This document shows positions 11,301 through 24,270 of a stretch of DNA of 64,000 nucleotides, piece after piece (position 1 is the first letter of the stretch; each line of letters begins with the position of its first letter). Location of the stretch: contig JAYWIR010000001.1 of NCBI GenBank assembly GCA_036172245.1, positions 10,974,001 to 11,038,000 of the forward strand, in the 5' to 3' direction. A model generated the notes under the pieces. It searched no databases and was not told the DNA's origin. It worked only from the letters and a program-made list of their open reading frames with translations. The DNA comes from Raillietiella orientalis. Its lineage: Eukaryota. The position numbers and the translations under genes are program-made.

Positions 11301-14300
11301 GACTGTTTCTCCCTAGCGACGGATTCTGAGAATAATGGAGGGAGGATCGCTTTCCACGTTGCTCTGCTTTTGCACGGGGAACAGGGGATTCGGGAGGCAG
11401 GAATAGGAGGCGCAGCGAGGCAGGTGGGATATTCCTGTAGGGAATTCGGGATCCGGAAAGGTTATTCCCGTGATTCTACAGCAATGGGATCCCCGCGGCT
11501 ATCAGATTCGGACCCACGGTGCCCGGGAAATCCAGAAATTCTAGTCGAGTTCTTCCGTGGATGCTTGGAAATCATCGGGAAAAGGACACACAAGAATGTG
11601 GAGTCCACATGCCAGCCCACTCCCTCCACTTTTCGGGTTCGATGCTTTCTCGCTTCCGTTCTGCTCCTTGGCAACCGCGGAAACTTGACAAACGCAGCTC
11701 GCCGTGACCGATCCCGGACCGAGGCCGACGTCAGTCCACTCGCACTTCAGTCCCCGTTAAACCTCTTTTTGTTTCCTACTCTTCTCCTTCACATTCCCTG
11801 CACCCCTTCCCGATGCCATCGCCCGGGAGTGCGAGGAGAGCGCTCCGCCTACTTCACTCCGGACCTGTTGGACAAGGTGGAGCTGGCGGCGGGGACTTCC
11901 CGCCGGATCTTCCCAGGCGACCGGGAGAGCTTTTCTTCCTTTCCCCCAGGTGCCATGCGCCGACCTGGAGACCCGCTGCCTTGCACCGGGAGTGGAGCCC
12001 CTCAGGCCCTCCCTCCGTTTGGCGTCGTCCAGACGAACGCCTTTCTCGCGGCCATCTCCCCTGAAATCAGCCGACCTGCGGTCACCAACCCGACCCGGGG
12101 CTGATCCACGTGTTTTGCTGCTCCTGCTGCTACTCAGGCACTCCGGACCTCGGACTTCCGGTCCATGGTCCCGAGTGATTTTTCGCTTTCGTCCCCGTCA
12201 GACCTCCCAGGAAGCGGCTCCGCTGCTTTCTGGAGGATGTCGCGCGTCCCGAGACGCATTTAAAAGAAAATACGTCGAGAAGGCGAGAGGGTAGAAGCAA
12301 AGGGGTGGCGGAGCGGGGTGTTGGGGTGGAAACAGCACCGATCTTCTCTGACTCCATGGCGTCACCAGCGCCGAAAACGCGAGAGCGAAATCTTCGCTCG
12401 GCAGCTTCCTTCCTTCCTTGGAAGATGACGTGCTCAGCGGTGCAAGGCCGATCTCCATGCGCCGGTCCGATTTCGAGGAGGTCTTTTGCCTCCGAGTGAT
12501 CGCACGTCTCCCTGATTACTAAGGTACTTGCTAGCGATAACGATCGGCAATAATTTTCGCCGCGCGTGGAGTCGCTGGAGATCAGCGATGCCTTCACCAG
12601 AAGAAAAAAAAAAAAAAATCCCTCCAGCCTCGTCGCTCCGCTGAGATTCCACCTGGGCATCGACCACTGTTTGACGAGGAAAGGACGGGATCGGAAGGCT
12701 GTCTCCAGAAAGAAGGGGAACCCAATGAGCTGCAAGAATAATCGATCGCTTCGTCGGTGCGCTGTTTCAAGCGGTCCTTCGAGCAGAGCGCAGCAGAGCT
12801 GCACGGGACGTCGTGGTCCTTACGAATCGTCGGTGTCCAGACGTTTCGAGCCGTCGAGTTCCAGCGATAACGAGCGAAATCACGCGTGCGCGCTTGCGAC
12901 GGGTAGTTGCCGTCGCCCGCGCGCGCGTGCGGCACTTGAGGGAGGCTGGAGATGACTGCCGAGATGGAAAGTCCAACCCCGTCGGGGAAAGGTGGAATTC
13001 CGAGGAGAAGCTCCACTGCACGGCAGAAGACCACGAGCATTCCCTCGCATCTTGGAAAAGCAGCGAAGATGCAGTGATGCCCTTTCCATTCACCAGAGCC
13101 AAGAATGAAGCGAATTCTTCGGAGGAAAGAAACTCTTTGGAATGCGGAATTTCTAATCAGACTCCGACGAGCATTCTAAAGAGATGAGGTCATCTTGCAA
13201 ATGCCAATGAGTATGAATCGAATTAGCTCTTTTTCGAGTCCAGAGCTCCCTCACTTCTCTGTCGTCCGGGCTTCAAATTCCCATTCACGCCGTGGCGGCC
13301 TTTCTGAGAATCCCTTTCCACGTCACGAGGGCGAAAATGTTCCCTGATAAGCGAGAATGTTCCTATAAGCAGAGCACACCTAGTTCCTTTTTTTTTTCAA
13401 CCAGGAAATTCCTGGAACACCGGAGCTCACGATTCGACATGGCTTGCAGGGTTTCTGCGAATCGTTCCGAAGAAAGTGAAAGTAGGTCTGCGTCTAACGG
13501 CCTGCAAGAAGTCATCAGTGTTTCTTTATTCCGGCACAACTAAACTTGCAGCTGAACGGAATCCCTCACAACTTTAAGGGATCTCGATGCAGATCGCCAG
13601 CGGCTTAGGGGAATTCTCCCAGCGACGCTCTAGCTGCACAGAGAGGAGCTGTTGTTTTGGTTCCTTTTTCGGTCGAAAGTCTACGATATGTCATTATCAA
13701 ATGCTCAAATTGTTGATATAGAGATAAGCCTGGATCCAGCATGTTTGGCCGTTGCAGTTTTAACGACTCGCGTGCATTTCAAGGATCCCTGTAAGTGTCT
13801 ATCTGTACCTTGAAACTTGGCGCTAACGCGCGTGTGAACCGCGCAGTCCGAACCTCAGGGAGATGGTGGATTCCAGGTAGCCATGGCGGCACATCACGGA
13901 GTTTTGTCTATTCTAGAACCGAAAAAAGCAGGTTGCTTCTGGGAATCTTGCTGCACGTCTAATGGCAGCAAGAGTGCTGTGGAAACCCAGGGGTAGGGAA
14001 CAGATGCCTTCCAGAGATTAAGCACAAGCTGCTAGACATCTGGGTGGACCTTACTTTCGAAAACGAAAACCTACCTCCTCTGTACCGGAAGCTGGAATTC
14101 ATAAGACCAATGAGTGACCGATGATTCACCAGGCTGAATCCGAAGAAAAATTCCCTGGGAGGGAAACCCGACCGATACAATCTGAGAGCTCTTGTCTCGT
14201 GATTGATACAAATACCGGTGAAGAGGACCAGTGACGCTGAAAAGCTCGGGGAACACTCCAAGTGGTCCACTTTCTCTTTCTGCAAGAGGATGCTGCCGCG

Positions 14301-14329
14301 CCTGGAAAAGGGAGAAAAAAGTCCGCCTA

Positions 14330-15200
14330 GCAAAATTCCGCCTCCGTTCAGAAACTCAGGAAAATCAGCCATCTTCCTTTACAGTAGGCAAGGAGCAGTA
14401 AAGAATCCAAGAGGAAGGAAACAGCTAGACAAGAATGAAGGAAACAACACAAAGGTATCAAGAAATGGAGGACCCACTCAGTCTGTCTGCGTTTGCTGAT
14501 CCAGATGGTCGCAGTGGTCCCTTGCAAGTCACCTGTTGAAGTTGTCTTCCTCAACGGTCAGACAAATCGGCGAAAAGCACTTCATGAGTCTCGAAAGTGA
14601 TATGCTGGAAAGGGTCGACTCGTAGTCACGTGAACAGGAAAAGAGAGGAGGGAGGAGAGCACGCTGGTGAACGTCTTTCTGAAAAGACTCAGGAGGACCG
14701 ATGGATCAAAGCAAAGTCATCAAATCAGGACAAAGGAACGAAGATTAAAGAGGGAGATCGTAACTCCAAGACCGTTCTGCAGGGTGGGGCTTTGAGAAAC
14801 TCGCCGACCGCGGCAGCTTCCTCTGTTCTGGACGGTTCCTCCATCTGCGAAGCAGGAGAGCGATGAATGCTCGAGCTGTCCTCTCACGTAACAGACTTTC
14901 GGCTTCTGGTTCTTGGTCCCAGGAGCAATCGAAGGCTTAGTGCTTTTGCTCTCTTCCTCCTTCCAAACTCCCGCGCTGCTGAATCACCCGACTGCACAGT
15001 CCAGTTGACTCTTTGGATTCATCCTAATGATCTCAACCTTTCGGCTCCTTTTCAAGAAGCGAAACAACTGCATGTTGAAGTTCACTCGTGAACTTCGACC
15101 GGCGATTAAAATGGCCGCTTCCCGTCTTCCAGCTCGCTCTTTGCTTTGGGTAGTGGAACCGCAGTTCCGATTCCCGGTTTCAGAGACGCGGTTTCCAAGG
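14330..15200 (-). pseudogene. Decayed NACHT (NLR/STAND NTPase)-like remnant
   Basis: Frameshifted motifs in NACHT order: AILIAGRSSR (sensor-1-like), RKVEII, AFIALLLRRW (PxxL..C..W helical-domain-like), FQHITFETHEVLFA (FxHxxxQEF-like), GILLGGL. By eye only. Confidence 0.35.
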
Positions 15201-17102
15201 TTTTTCCAGCTTCCGAGTCGGATCTTCCTGGGAGACTTTTTGCGCGCCACTGGATGATTTCGACCGCGTCTCCATGGTTGTGGTCATTTCGAAGCTCGTT
15301 TAGTGCGCATCCGTATGCCTATGCAGGAACTCGAAGAAAAAAAAAAAAAAAAAAAGGTTCTGGTTCTCCAAGTCTCCACCGTCTCCGGAAAGGTTGCACC
15401 AAATCGATCGATCGCGGCGACCTCTGAATTCTGACAGACGAATGGTATCAGAGTCTTCATCAGCCTTTTTTTTCAGCAGGATCCGGAAACTTTGCTGAGT
15501 GTCAGCAACCGTCTCTGCATTCAGAGACGTCCGTATCTGCGAAAGTTGCTCCCTCATCAAGTGGATTTTTCTGAAACGGGAAGGAGTCCATTTTGAGTCC
15601 GACTCCGCGGATCTCTGACTGCCGAGCTGCGTCCTAGCTTGCTGCTGAGCTTCCTGCGGCGACGCCCGCTCGCGGGCTGATGATTTTCGGTGGTCTCGTC
15701 GTGCACACAGCTTCGGGACCAAGGGGTCGTGGCGCGTCCGAATCCACGGCGATTTCCGGCGTGCCTCGACTTCCTTCGCCGGAATTCCTCCTTTTTGCGC
15801 GGCACCGAGGGAGGCATCGACAGCGATGTCGAAGGGGTGAATTGTGCCTCCGCGCCCAAGGCAATCGCTCAGGGTCTTCGTGTTCCTCGCAGCGATTCCC
15901 TTGGAACCACAGTGGCTTCAAAAATCCACAGCGCGGGCGTGTACAGACTAACAAAGCGTACAAAAATCTCGTGTTAAGAGTGATAGTGGAGTTTGGAGGG
16001 AAGGGGGGGGGATGTCCACGCTTTTGTTTTCTGGCTCTACGTTTCGACGCCACCCCGGGTTCCGCTTCAGGACCCGTGTGGCCAGCCGGGCTGGGCGTTC
16101 TCTAATGGAGCGTGGCGGACGTCGTGCGCGACTGCGCTCTCCTCTGGGACGCGGCATCAGGATGCCGGCAGATCGCGGGAGGCGCAACGCTGCCGTGTTC
16201 TCCCGGTTCGAAGATGCAGCCCGCCTTTTCGGTAGTCAGCGCTTTCCGCGAGGTCTCGCGCGAGATAAAAATTATCTCCGTTTGCGTGCAGAGCCGAACG
16301 CTCCCTCCAGGATCCAATGAGGGAGGGATCCGAGCCGAGCTGCTCGTCCCTGGTGTTCCCTTCCTACGCCATTCCGAGAAACCGGAAGGTGCGACTTGCC
16401 AGCTCGCCAAACGCAGAGGCGGAGGTGGGTGAGAAGCCGAACGGAGAGGCGAAGGGTTCACGTTCGGGGGAGGGAGGGGTTCGGACCGTTATCCCGAAAG
16501 ACGCCATCCCTGAAGCTCTGAAAGTCCGGACCCCCTACGATTTTGAAGTTCATCGTCATTTATTGAGGAGGCGCCATTTACTGAGTGATAGAAATAAACG
16601 ACGGGAGGAGGGAACTCGCGACTCGGCGAACCACGAGGGATGCTGCGGACGGTTCGAGGTGATGGGGGCAGAGGGAGAGATGGAAAAGCAAGCAAATAAA
16701 AGAAAAGAAAGAAGAAGAAAAAGAAGGAAAGGAATCTTCCCTTGCCGTCGAGGGGCAGTTAACATTCCCGAGGACCTGCCCCTCTCTTCCTGTCAGGTTC
16801 GACCATCTCTTCCGGAGGAGGAAGGCGGAAGGCAGACCTCCCAGTCTTCCGTAGGGTGGTGCAGGAGAGAGAGGGACGCGCCGGCCGGGAGGCGGCGGTA
16901 GGGCGCCCTTCCTCCAAGGCTTCCGACTCCCCGGAGCGTGCCAACTTTTTGTGTCACGGGTGCTCGGAGGGTTTCGAGGAGGCGAGCTCGCACAGACTCC
17001 ATTCGTTCGTGTACGTTGGCGGACAAGAAGAACTGGTGGGCACTCTCACCACGTAAAGAGGTCGCTACCGTGTCTCGCACGAACACTTTCCCTTTCCTTT
17101 CC

Positions 17103-18560
17103 TTTTTTTTTTTTTTTTTTTTTTTTAAATCCCAGATTGTCGGGTAGTTCATTTGAAATAAATTAATATAATTCGAGGAGGATCAACACGCACCTGACCG
17201 AAACCAGGAAGCCACCCCTACCGGGCAGCGGAACCAGGGAGTGCCAATTACTAGCTAAGTAAACAGGGAATGGGACGGCGGAGCGGCCTCACGATGTGCC
17301 AGATGCGATTCCCGAAGGCGAGGTGCGTTCACCGGTCCGGGGCAAGCGTTTCCCAAAGCGAACACTTTTAGAGGCGTCCTTGACTGCTTGGTAAGAACGA
17401 CCTCCAGATTTTACTAGAGAGCACTCGCATCGTCGTGGTCGGGTCGGCGCGCGCCCCAAAGAGCGTTATTGCAGGGCTCGATGTTCCCAGAGGCATCCAG
17501 GAGCACTCGCGAGGGCACCCCTGAGACAGGGGAAGTCGTCCACAAGTGGATGCGCTTCCAATGTTCACGAAAAAAAAAAGGGTTTTCAGACTTAGTAGAG
17601 GGTGCTTGCTGAAGCTGAAGACGTCGAGGGCATTAGCTGGATTTCCATAAATTGCAGTCTCCCGGATTCAGGAGGCAGTTCATATTCAGGGAAGGGCTCA
17701 TAAGCCGAGCCAGAAACAACGGCAGCTGGTGAACCAGCTGTGCTCGTCTCTCGCTGCAGGAGATCGCAAGCAGCCAGGAGAAGAGACCACGTGGAATTCA
17801 AGAACCCCCTTCCCCTTCCTTGCCGCAGCGTGCTGTCCTCTTCAAGGGAGGTGGTGACCCCACCGGCAAGGCGGGAGGCTACCTGAAGAACTGCAGGAAA
17901 GGGGCGGAGCCTCTTAGCGGGTGATTCCCAGATGAACTGACGGACGCTCAGACCCCGAATGCCACGTCCTCCCAAAGAACTGCTTCGCTGGGCAGATGCT
18001 CCCCGGAAGGTCTGGAGCTGGCCGCGGTGTTGACGGACGGATAGGTCTGCCCTCACCTCGAAAGGGCAGGGGAGTCGGCAATTCTGGCTCCACGCCGAGG
18101 TCCTCAGTGCGACGCCCGCCAGCATCATAAGACCTGGGGGGAGGGGGGATCGAGTCTCTTTCTCGCACCTGCCCCCGGACCGCGTAGCCGCGTAGTTTTT
18201 TCTGGGGACGTTCCGCCACGGGATCCGCTGGTTCCGGCATAGGCAGCCCTGAGGATGCAGTGAAGCGCCTCTTCGTTCCAGTCTCGTCCCTGGCAGCCAC
18301 CTGCCGCCTCCATGGGGTTGTGGTAGCTCGAACCGGGAACCGTCCCGAAGGAACCTGCCGGCATCCTGCAGCCGATGCATCTATTTATTCTTCCGTCCGT
18401 TCGTACTGTCCCCTCCCCTCCGTGGCGATCTCGCCTGCCTGCGAACAGGCGTCTCGGCATGTTCCCGAGTGCATTCGGACGCGGCAGGTCCTGGAGTCCT
18501 AACGCCGCTTTTCTTTGTGTGCTCTGCGCGAACAGCGACCACCCAGCAGCCACTCGGCGA
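17103..18560 (-). mobile_element. Decayed L1/Tx1-like LINE fragment(s) ending at a poly(A) tract
   Basis: T24 run at 17103-17126 (poly(A) on the minus strand). QRKAALGLQDL (GGLGL-like) at ~18480-18520. Internal continuity uncertain. Confidence 0.45.
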
Positions 18561-19529
18561 TGAAAGCTGAAGGCGCCGCATCGTTGTTCTCCGTGATGTC
18601 CGGGTCAGCTCCATCCCGTTCCTTGTGCTTTATCGGCTTCCGAAAGTAGCATGATTCCCTCGATCGTGACTGCTGGTCGAGAAAACATCCAGGAACATTG
18701 CAGGGAAGGTGGAATGGCCCGTTTGTCTGGACTTCGTCCCTTCTCTCATGCGCTGCCAAGCGATGCTGGCTCTTGGTTTCCCGGATGTGCAGCTCGCTGT
18801 AAGCCGTTCGATCTGGTGACCATAAGAGAAATCCATAGTCACCGATCGTAACGACCGACTGTTGGGAGAACCACGGAATGGGGATGAGTTACTGTGCACA
18901 CAGAGATACTCCCGAGAGCACGACATGGGAGTTCGTGCTGAGATGGGAGTGACCCGGACGGTGGATCATGCCGAGTCATGCTAGAAGGGAGGAAATGAGG
19001 AGAACTCAACTCTTGCGTTTCTGAGCACCGGGATCCCATCTCTGTTAAGAAAAATCCGCTTCCTGCTCTGACGGCGCCCGTGCAGTTTCCGGTCATCTCA
19101 CACACTGCTTCGCGATCTCCAGCACTTCTCGAGAAGAGGGTCGCTGTTCCCCCCTCCTTCCCCTTGTGATCCTAGAGAGAATCAAACCACATCCATGTCG
19201 TCTCCCTGCGCTCATAAATTGGTCAGTTCGGGTCTCTCTGCCTCATCTCTTACTCCAGGAAACTGTGCAGAGGTTTCTCGAAGTGCAGACAATTCAGATT
19301 TGAGGGGGCTCACGAGGACTGCAGTCCCGGTGGAACTTAGCAGGGAGTCCTGGAAATCGAATGAGGGATCTCGCTACGCTTATCTTTCGTATCGGGTTCG
19401 CCCTCTACCTCGGGCCAGATGAAACGTCTCCAGGATAAGCGCAGAGGGCTGTAGTCATGCCGGTGTCTTATGAGCCACCTTGTGGTTTCAGAGGTAGGTC
19501 GGAACTTTACAGAAGAGCCCTGCGCCTCG

Positions 19530-20780
19530 CAGGTGCCGCCGCACGGAAGGGGTGAAAATCCTTCTTCCGACCAGCCATGCCTGGGTAGACCACCGCTCGA
19601 ACCTCAGGTTTTCCAGAGACCCAGGATTTCGAATCATCCTCCAAAATCCGTAGCACTGCCACGAGCGCCTCACAATGCAGCTGTGACCATCTGCTGTTCA
19701 GCTTCCCCTCATCCTCTCTTCCCTTTCTTCCTTGCCAAGGATAACTGCGGCTCAGCTATGCATCCCTGGTAACCTTCGCAAGCAAGGCAAAGGAGCGAGA
19801 GAGCGGGAGTGCATGCCGAGGAGGAAATCTGAAGCCTGGATGTGCTCGCTGACCGATGCAATGAGCTCGAAAGAGGAGGAAGCACACCATAAGTTTCCTT
19901 TTGGAAGCCCAAGACAACTGAGGGGAGAGTCGGGCTCAACCCTTTCTCGAAAGGCTCCTTAGAAGGTCTGCTGCGCACCATCTTCGTAAAGCCCAGAGAG
20001 CCGGACTCCGTCTGAGGGACAAGAAACCCTCGGGAATAGATGCCGACCGCTCACTTCCTTCAAATCTGGTGAGGAGGCGCCGCATCGCCTTCTGGCTTTT
20101 AGGAAGAGCAAATGTGGAATTGCATTCCCTGAAGTCTCGCCAGGAAAGCTGCTGCCCTCTTGCGAGATAAAGGGGACCGTGAAGCGGAAGGGAATGCAGA
20201 CTCGCGAGGAACGAGTTGCAGAAGCGACGCACTTGCCAGATGTGGCCATGGTTGCCAGAGAAACCCACCCTTGGATGCTCGTCATTCCTCTCCTAGCTCC
20301 TGTCCTCATTCTTGCTGCTTGCCTTGTGCGATGGCAGGTGCTCCAAAACGACACTCAGAAGTCTCAGTTGCGCTCCTGGAGATGGAGACGATCCTGTAAT
20401 CCAGGAAACCACCAGGTTTCCAGGATGCTTTCGGAGGGCAGCACACCCTTTCGTTTTAAGCTTCCACTGAAGAGTGGAAACAGAAGTGCCAAGGCTCCAT
20501 GGTATTTCTGAAGGGCTCCTTGCAGAGGCTTTGGGTAGGGGTAAGAAATGCAGCGTGACAGACTCACTTTCTGTAGTGTTGGGACAGCGAAGAAATTCAG
20601 GTTCTGGCCTTCTAGAAGAGGATTTCCGAGCGGGCGAGGAAACCCATTCCGTTTCCATGGCAGCCGGACGGAAAGCTCAACCGCCACGGATTGATTCGGC
20701 GAAGGCGAAGATGGAAATCTACCACAGGAAACTCGTGCAGCTCTCGGCTCAGTGCTCTCCCGTTCCGCAGGCTTGGGGAA
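19530..20780 (+). pseudogene. Decayed NACHT-like remnant
   Basis: Collinear degenerate motifs: HGRG/KSFF (Walker A with frameshift, ~19545), SLDVLADRCNEL (Walker B-like, ~19835), RTIFVKPR, MLVIPLL...AACLVRW (~20275), IYHRKLVQL (~20718). Many stops and frameshifts. Confidence 0.35.
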
Positions 20781-22098
20781 TCCATGCTGGGAAACCTGGA
20801 GAAATTTCGAAAGGTGCTTCCTGCGGGCGTGCATCCGCCGTGCGAACAGATCCACCATGGAGAGGAGGAGGCTGCGAAGGGAATACCCAACTGCTTTCAG
20901 CGATCACTCCGAATCGATGCGCAGCACCATCCCGGACCTCGAAGAAGATGGTCGGATGGGACGTAATGATATCACGCTGTTGTTTCGTCTCTTGCCACGC
21001 ATGATCCCAGCAGACCCTCAAATACTCCACTTCTGTGAAACGAAAAGGCGATCGAGCAGGTATCCGGAATCCCTTCCCCTGCGTTCCCAGTTCCGTGAGC
21101 GCGGCATCGGGAAGTCATCGGAGGAAAAGAAAGAGAGAGGAATTTACGTTCACGGGAATGAATGAACGACTGGGAGAACTCGTTTTTTTCGATCACGAAA
21201 GGGCAGTTTCTTGGAAATTCTGCTTTGGATGTGTGCTCCTTACGATAGATGCTAGGATACACTCTGCAGATCTGGACAGCTCTTCTCTTGCCATGTTTCT
21301 GAGGAATGCCCCTGGTAGACTCCCTTAATTGAAGTCCGGAGGCTTCCGGATTGCCAGCGATCTTGGCATCCGTGGAGAAGTATCCTGGCAGAGACTCTTC
21401 CCCGGAGTGATGTAGCAGCCGAGCGGGTAATTCCAAGCTCAAAATAGAATACGATAAATACATGCACGGAATTTTCCTTGCATGATCCAGAAAGCTCTTG
21501 ATTCTGCGTTTCACAGCATCTCGTGTTCGGATATGGTCAGGCACGCCACCTCCGTACGCGCGTCGTCTCGTTCTCCGCCCCATCCCTTGACCTTCACGCT
21601 TCCCTCTCCAAAGTGGAACTTTGCCGTCCTTTGGATGATTCTTGCCCCATGCTCAAGGGGTAAAACCGATTTCCCCTACTCCTTTGTGCTGCTAGACGCG
21701 AGGGGAAGGGGGTGATTTCCGGGACGAGAATTTCCGTGACAACAAGCGTCTTCCGCGTTCAGACGGCATAAAATTTGCTTCCGCCCCCAGGCTTTTCAGC
21801 GGGCCGCCGCTGCGTGGCGGGTGATTTTCTCAAGGAAGAGGCTGCAAAGCACCTGGGTGTTCGAGCCCGAATTGGAGTCCGTGTGGCCGCGGTCTGCATG
21901 GTGCCACCAAGCGTTGCGGGTTCAAATCCCGCCAAGAAAAGGATCGAAAATGGGGGCTGTGGAGTGGGTTTCGAGTCACCCCCCACGCCTCTCTCACAGA
22001 GTGACGCTGGTTGGTCTCAGATGCGGCAATGGTGGAATCCGGAAACCCCAGGATGCCCCCATCGACTGGCTGGGATTGGAAGTTCACCGTTCGGTTTC

Positions 22099-22140
22099 CT
22101 TCCTTACAGGAATGAGCGGCAGTTCATTCCTGTAAGGAAG
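22099..22140. repeat. Perfect 17-bp inverted repeat with 8-nt loop
   Basis: CTTCCTTACAGGAATGA-gcggcagt-TCATTCCTGTAAGGAAG. Confidence 0.95.
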
Positions 22141-22341
22141 AATGGAACCGGCTCTCACTCACAAGGGGAACCTTCCATCAAGATGGTTCATGCCTCTCCA
22201 GAGTGACAGAAGCGCGCTGTCCCCCTCGAAGTGCGTCCCTTCAGAGAAATTCGGAAGCGTCCCTTCGGGTCCTCTTCAGAGGAGCAAAGAAGGAGCGGTG
22301 CTCTTGCGAGTTCTTTCGGGAGAAGGAACAATTGCACTGGG

Positions 22342-22988
22342 ATCTTCCCTGCGACGCGCACCGGCACCACTAGACGCTGTGGAGGGAAAGCCCTGACTGT
22401 TCGCATGTGCTGGACGGAACGGGAATCCCTCTTGCACCTGCTTGTGGACCGCGCTGCCCTCCGACCTCTATGGAAACCTTTCGGAAAGACCCTCCTCACC
22501 CCGGTTGGCACCCCTCCAGTTTTACGGCTCCTTTTTGTGCGGAACACCCGGCAGCCAGCCTCAATCCCAACAGTGTTCTGCTGCAACCGCGGGACGGCGG
22601 CCTGGAGCACAGTCGACGGAGGGGGAGAAAGGAGAGACACTGTCCAGTTCTCAAGTCGCTTTCTGCGGATAGCGGCCAGATGGCCCCACCTGAAACCTAT
22701 TCGGATGGACCTAGCTGCCATTCTGGAAAGGATGCAAAGGATCCCTCCAGCGGACAGGAATCCCCTTCCGATCCTCCCAAAAATTTTTATTCACCTTTAT
22801 TTACTCTTTCTTTTTTCTTTTTATTTTCTTCGCTCCCCCTCCACCGTCGGGGTGACCCCCGCCGATCCGCGCATCAGTGACCCGGCAGATTCACGGACAA
22901 ACGGATTGTGATAGGACCATGCGTCCTACCACAACGTATGAGTTTATTTTGAGTTTTAACCCCCCCCCCCTGACGTGTCCGGGTGGAA
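22342..22988 (+). mobile_element. Nested 5'-truncated family A LINE (zinc knuckle region plus 3' UTR)
   Basis: ORF 22231..22911 contains ERESLLHLLVD...FCC...RFLRIAARWPHLK, homologous to the C-termini at 6493-6900 and 29780-30130. Ends CCGGGTGGAA like the other copies. Candidate 6-bp TSD ACTGGG at 22336-22341 and 22989-22994. Confidence 0.85.
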
Positions 22989-23959
22989 ACTGGGGAAGAA
23001 ATGGGGAGTGACTCCCTCCGGGGGGTCCCTCCGGAAGGGACAAGGAAGAGGTGGTTCCCTTCGGAGACACCCAGGAAGAGGGCTTCCTTGGTGACTTCCC
23101 TACCGAGCGTGAGAGGAACGGACTGCTTCCTCCGGTTCCCTTCCTGGATGCATACGGTGGTCCTCCGTTGTCGACTCCGAACTTGAAGGGTCACACGCAC
23201 CCTCGGGTGTGGTCGGTGCTGAAGAGCTTCGTGAGTTCGTCCATAAGGATGCGAGTGGTCCTTCAGCACTTGATGAACCAAAAAAAAATAAGGGAAACCC
23301 GAAAAAGAAGAAGGAAAAAGGGCGGGGAAATGGGAGGAATGTCCACGCACTTCGGCGCACCAGTCTGGCGAGGGGTTTGAGAGCTCGGGAAGCTGCCAGC
23401 CGGGCGAACAAATTGAGAGATGCCGAAATGAGGCGAATCCCGTTCATCTGCCCCCCACGGGAGAAGCCTTCCGGGAACTCTCCCCACGTGGGAAGGCTGA
23501 CTTCCTGGAGAACGCGCGCTCCTCGGATCACCGGCGCCACGGCGGCGGTGGCGACGAGACGAAGCCGGGCAGTCTTCGAGGTGGGAGGAACCACAGCGAG
23601 GCAGTTTCCGAGCGCTCCCCAGGGCGCGCGAAGGATCTGCAAGGGTCAGGCGGCGGCCGGGGACTCCTTTTGCAAGGAAGCCGCGGTGCTTCCCTTTGCC
23701 CCGTGGGAAGAGCGCGCGCACCGGATCCCCATCTTCGCCTCCGCTGCCATAGGTGGTGCTCTGCCTTGTTTTGCTTTGCTTTTTGTTTTGTTTTTTTTCC
23801 CTCTTTCGTCAGCCAGATGATTAATCTTGGATCTGCGGAGAGATGACAAGGACTGGAAATATTTGGTAAACAATGAAGAACCAGTATCGGGATGAATGAT
23901 AGTGGGAAATAAATGACTGTGTTCTCATGATAAGAGAAGAATGGCTGGCGCTCGAATCA

Positions 23960-24270
23960 GTGTAAGTGGAAGATGCCAGAGGTGCTTTTTTTCCCCCCCC
24001 TCCTGCGTGCTGGAAGCAGCGGGCCGGAGAAACCGGAACCCCTTCGGCTGCTGCTCAGACGGCTCGCTCGCCCAGCTCGAGCGCGACGCTCCAGGAATGC
24101 GCGGCTCTTGCGTGCGTGCACGGGGCCGCCGCGGACGATGAACGTTTTCCGGCGCGGCCGCCTCCGGGGGAGGCATGAGCCGCCGCTTCCGCAACATGGC
24201 GAACCCCACCTGGATGGGGGAGGGGAGGGGGGGAACATTTTCTGGCTCGGCGCTTCCTGCGACGCTTGTT
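23960..24270 (+). mobile_element. Short decayed family A LINE fragment
   Basis: GACGGCTCGCTCGCCCAGCTCGAGCGCGAC resembles the reverse complement of ~30300-30335, and CTTCCTGCGACGC resembles the LPCNA motif. Confidence 0.35.

Larger units (their letters stand above)
21780..23480 (-). mobile_element. Decayed family A LINE RT-region copy, split by a nested antisense insertion
   Basis: 22040-22335 and 22995-23280 align with copies at 290-780 and 31050-31520 and join directly across the insertion. GIRLISASLNLFARLAASRALKPLARLV (~23360-23445) resembles RT domains 1-2. Confidence 0.7.

Noticed and set aside
21877..21939. tRNA or tRNA-SINE head (perfect T-arm GCGGG-TTCAAAT-CCCGC, partial A box)
   Set aside because: No acceptor stem or anticodon arm can be folded, and it lies inside a LINE fragment.
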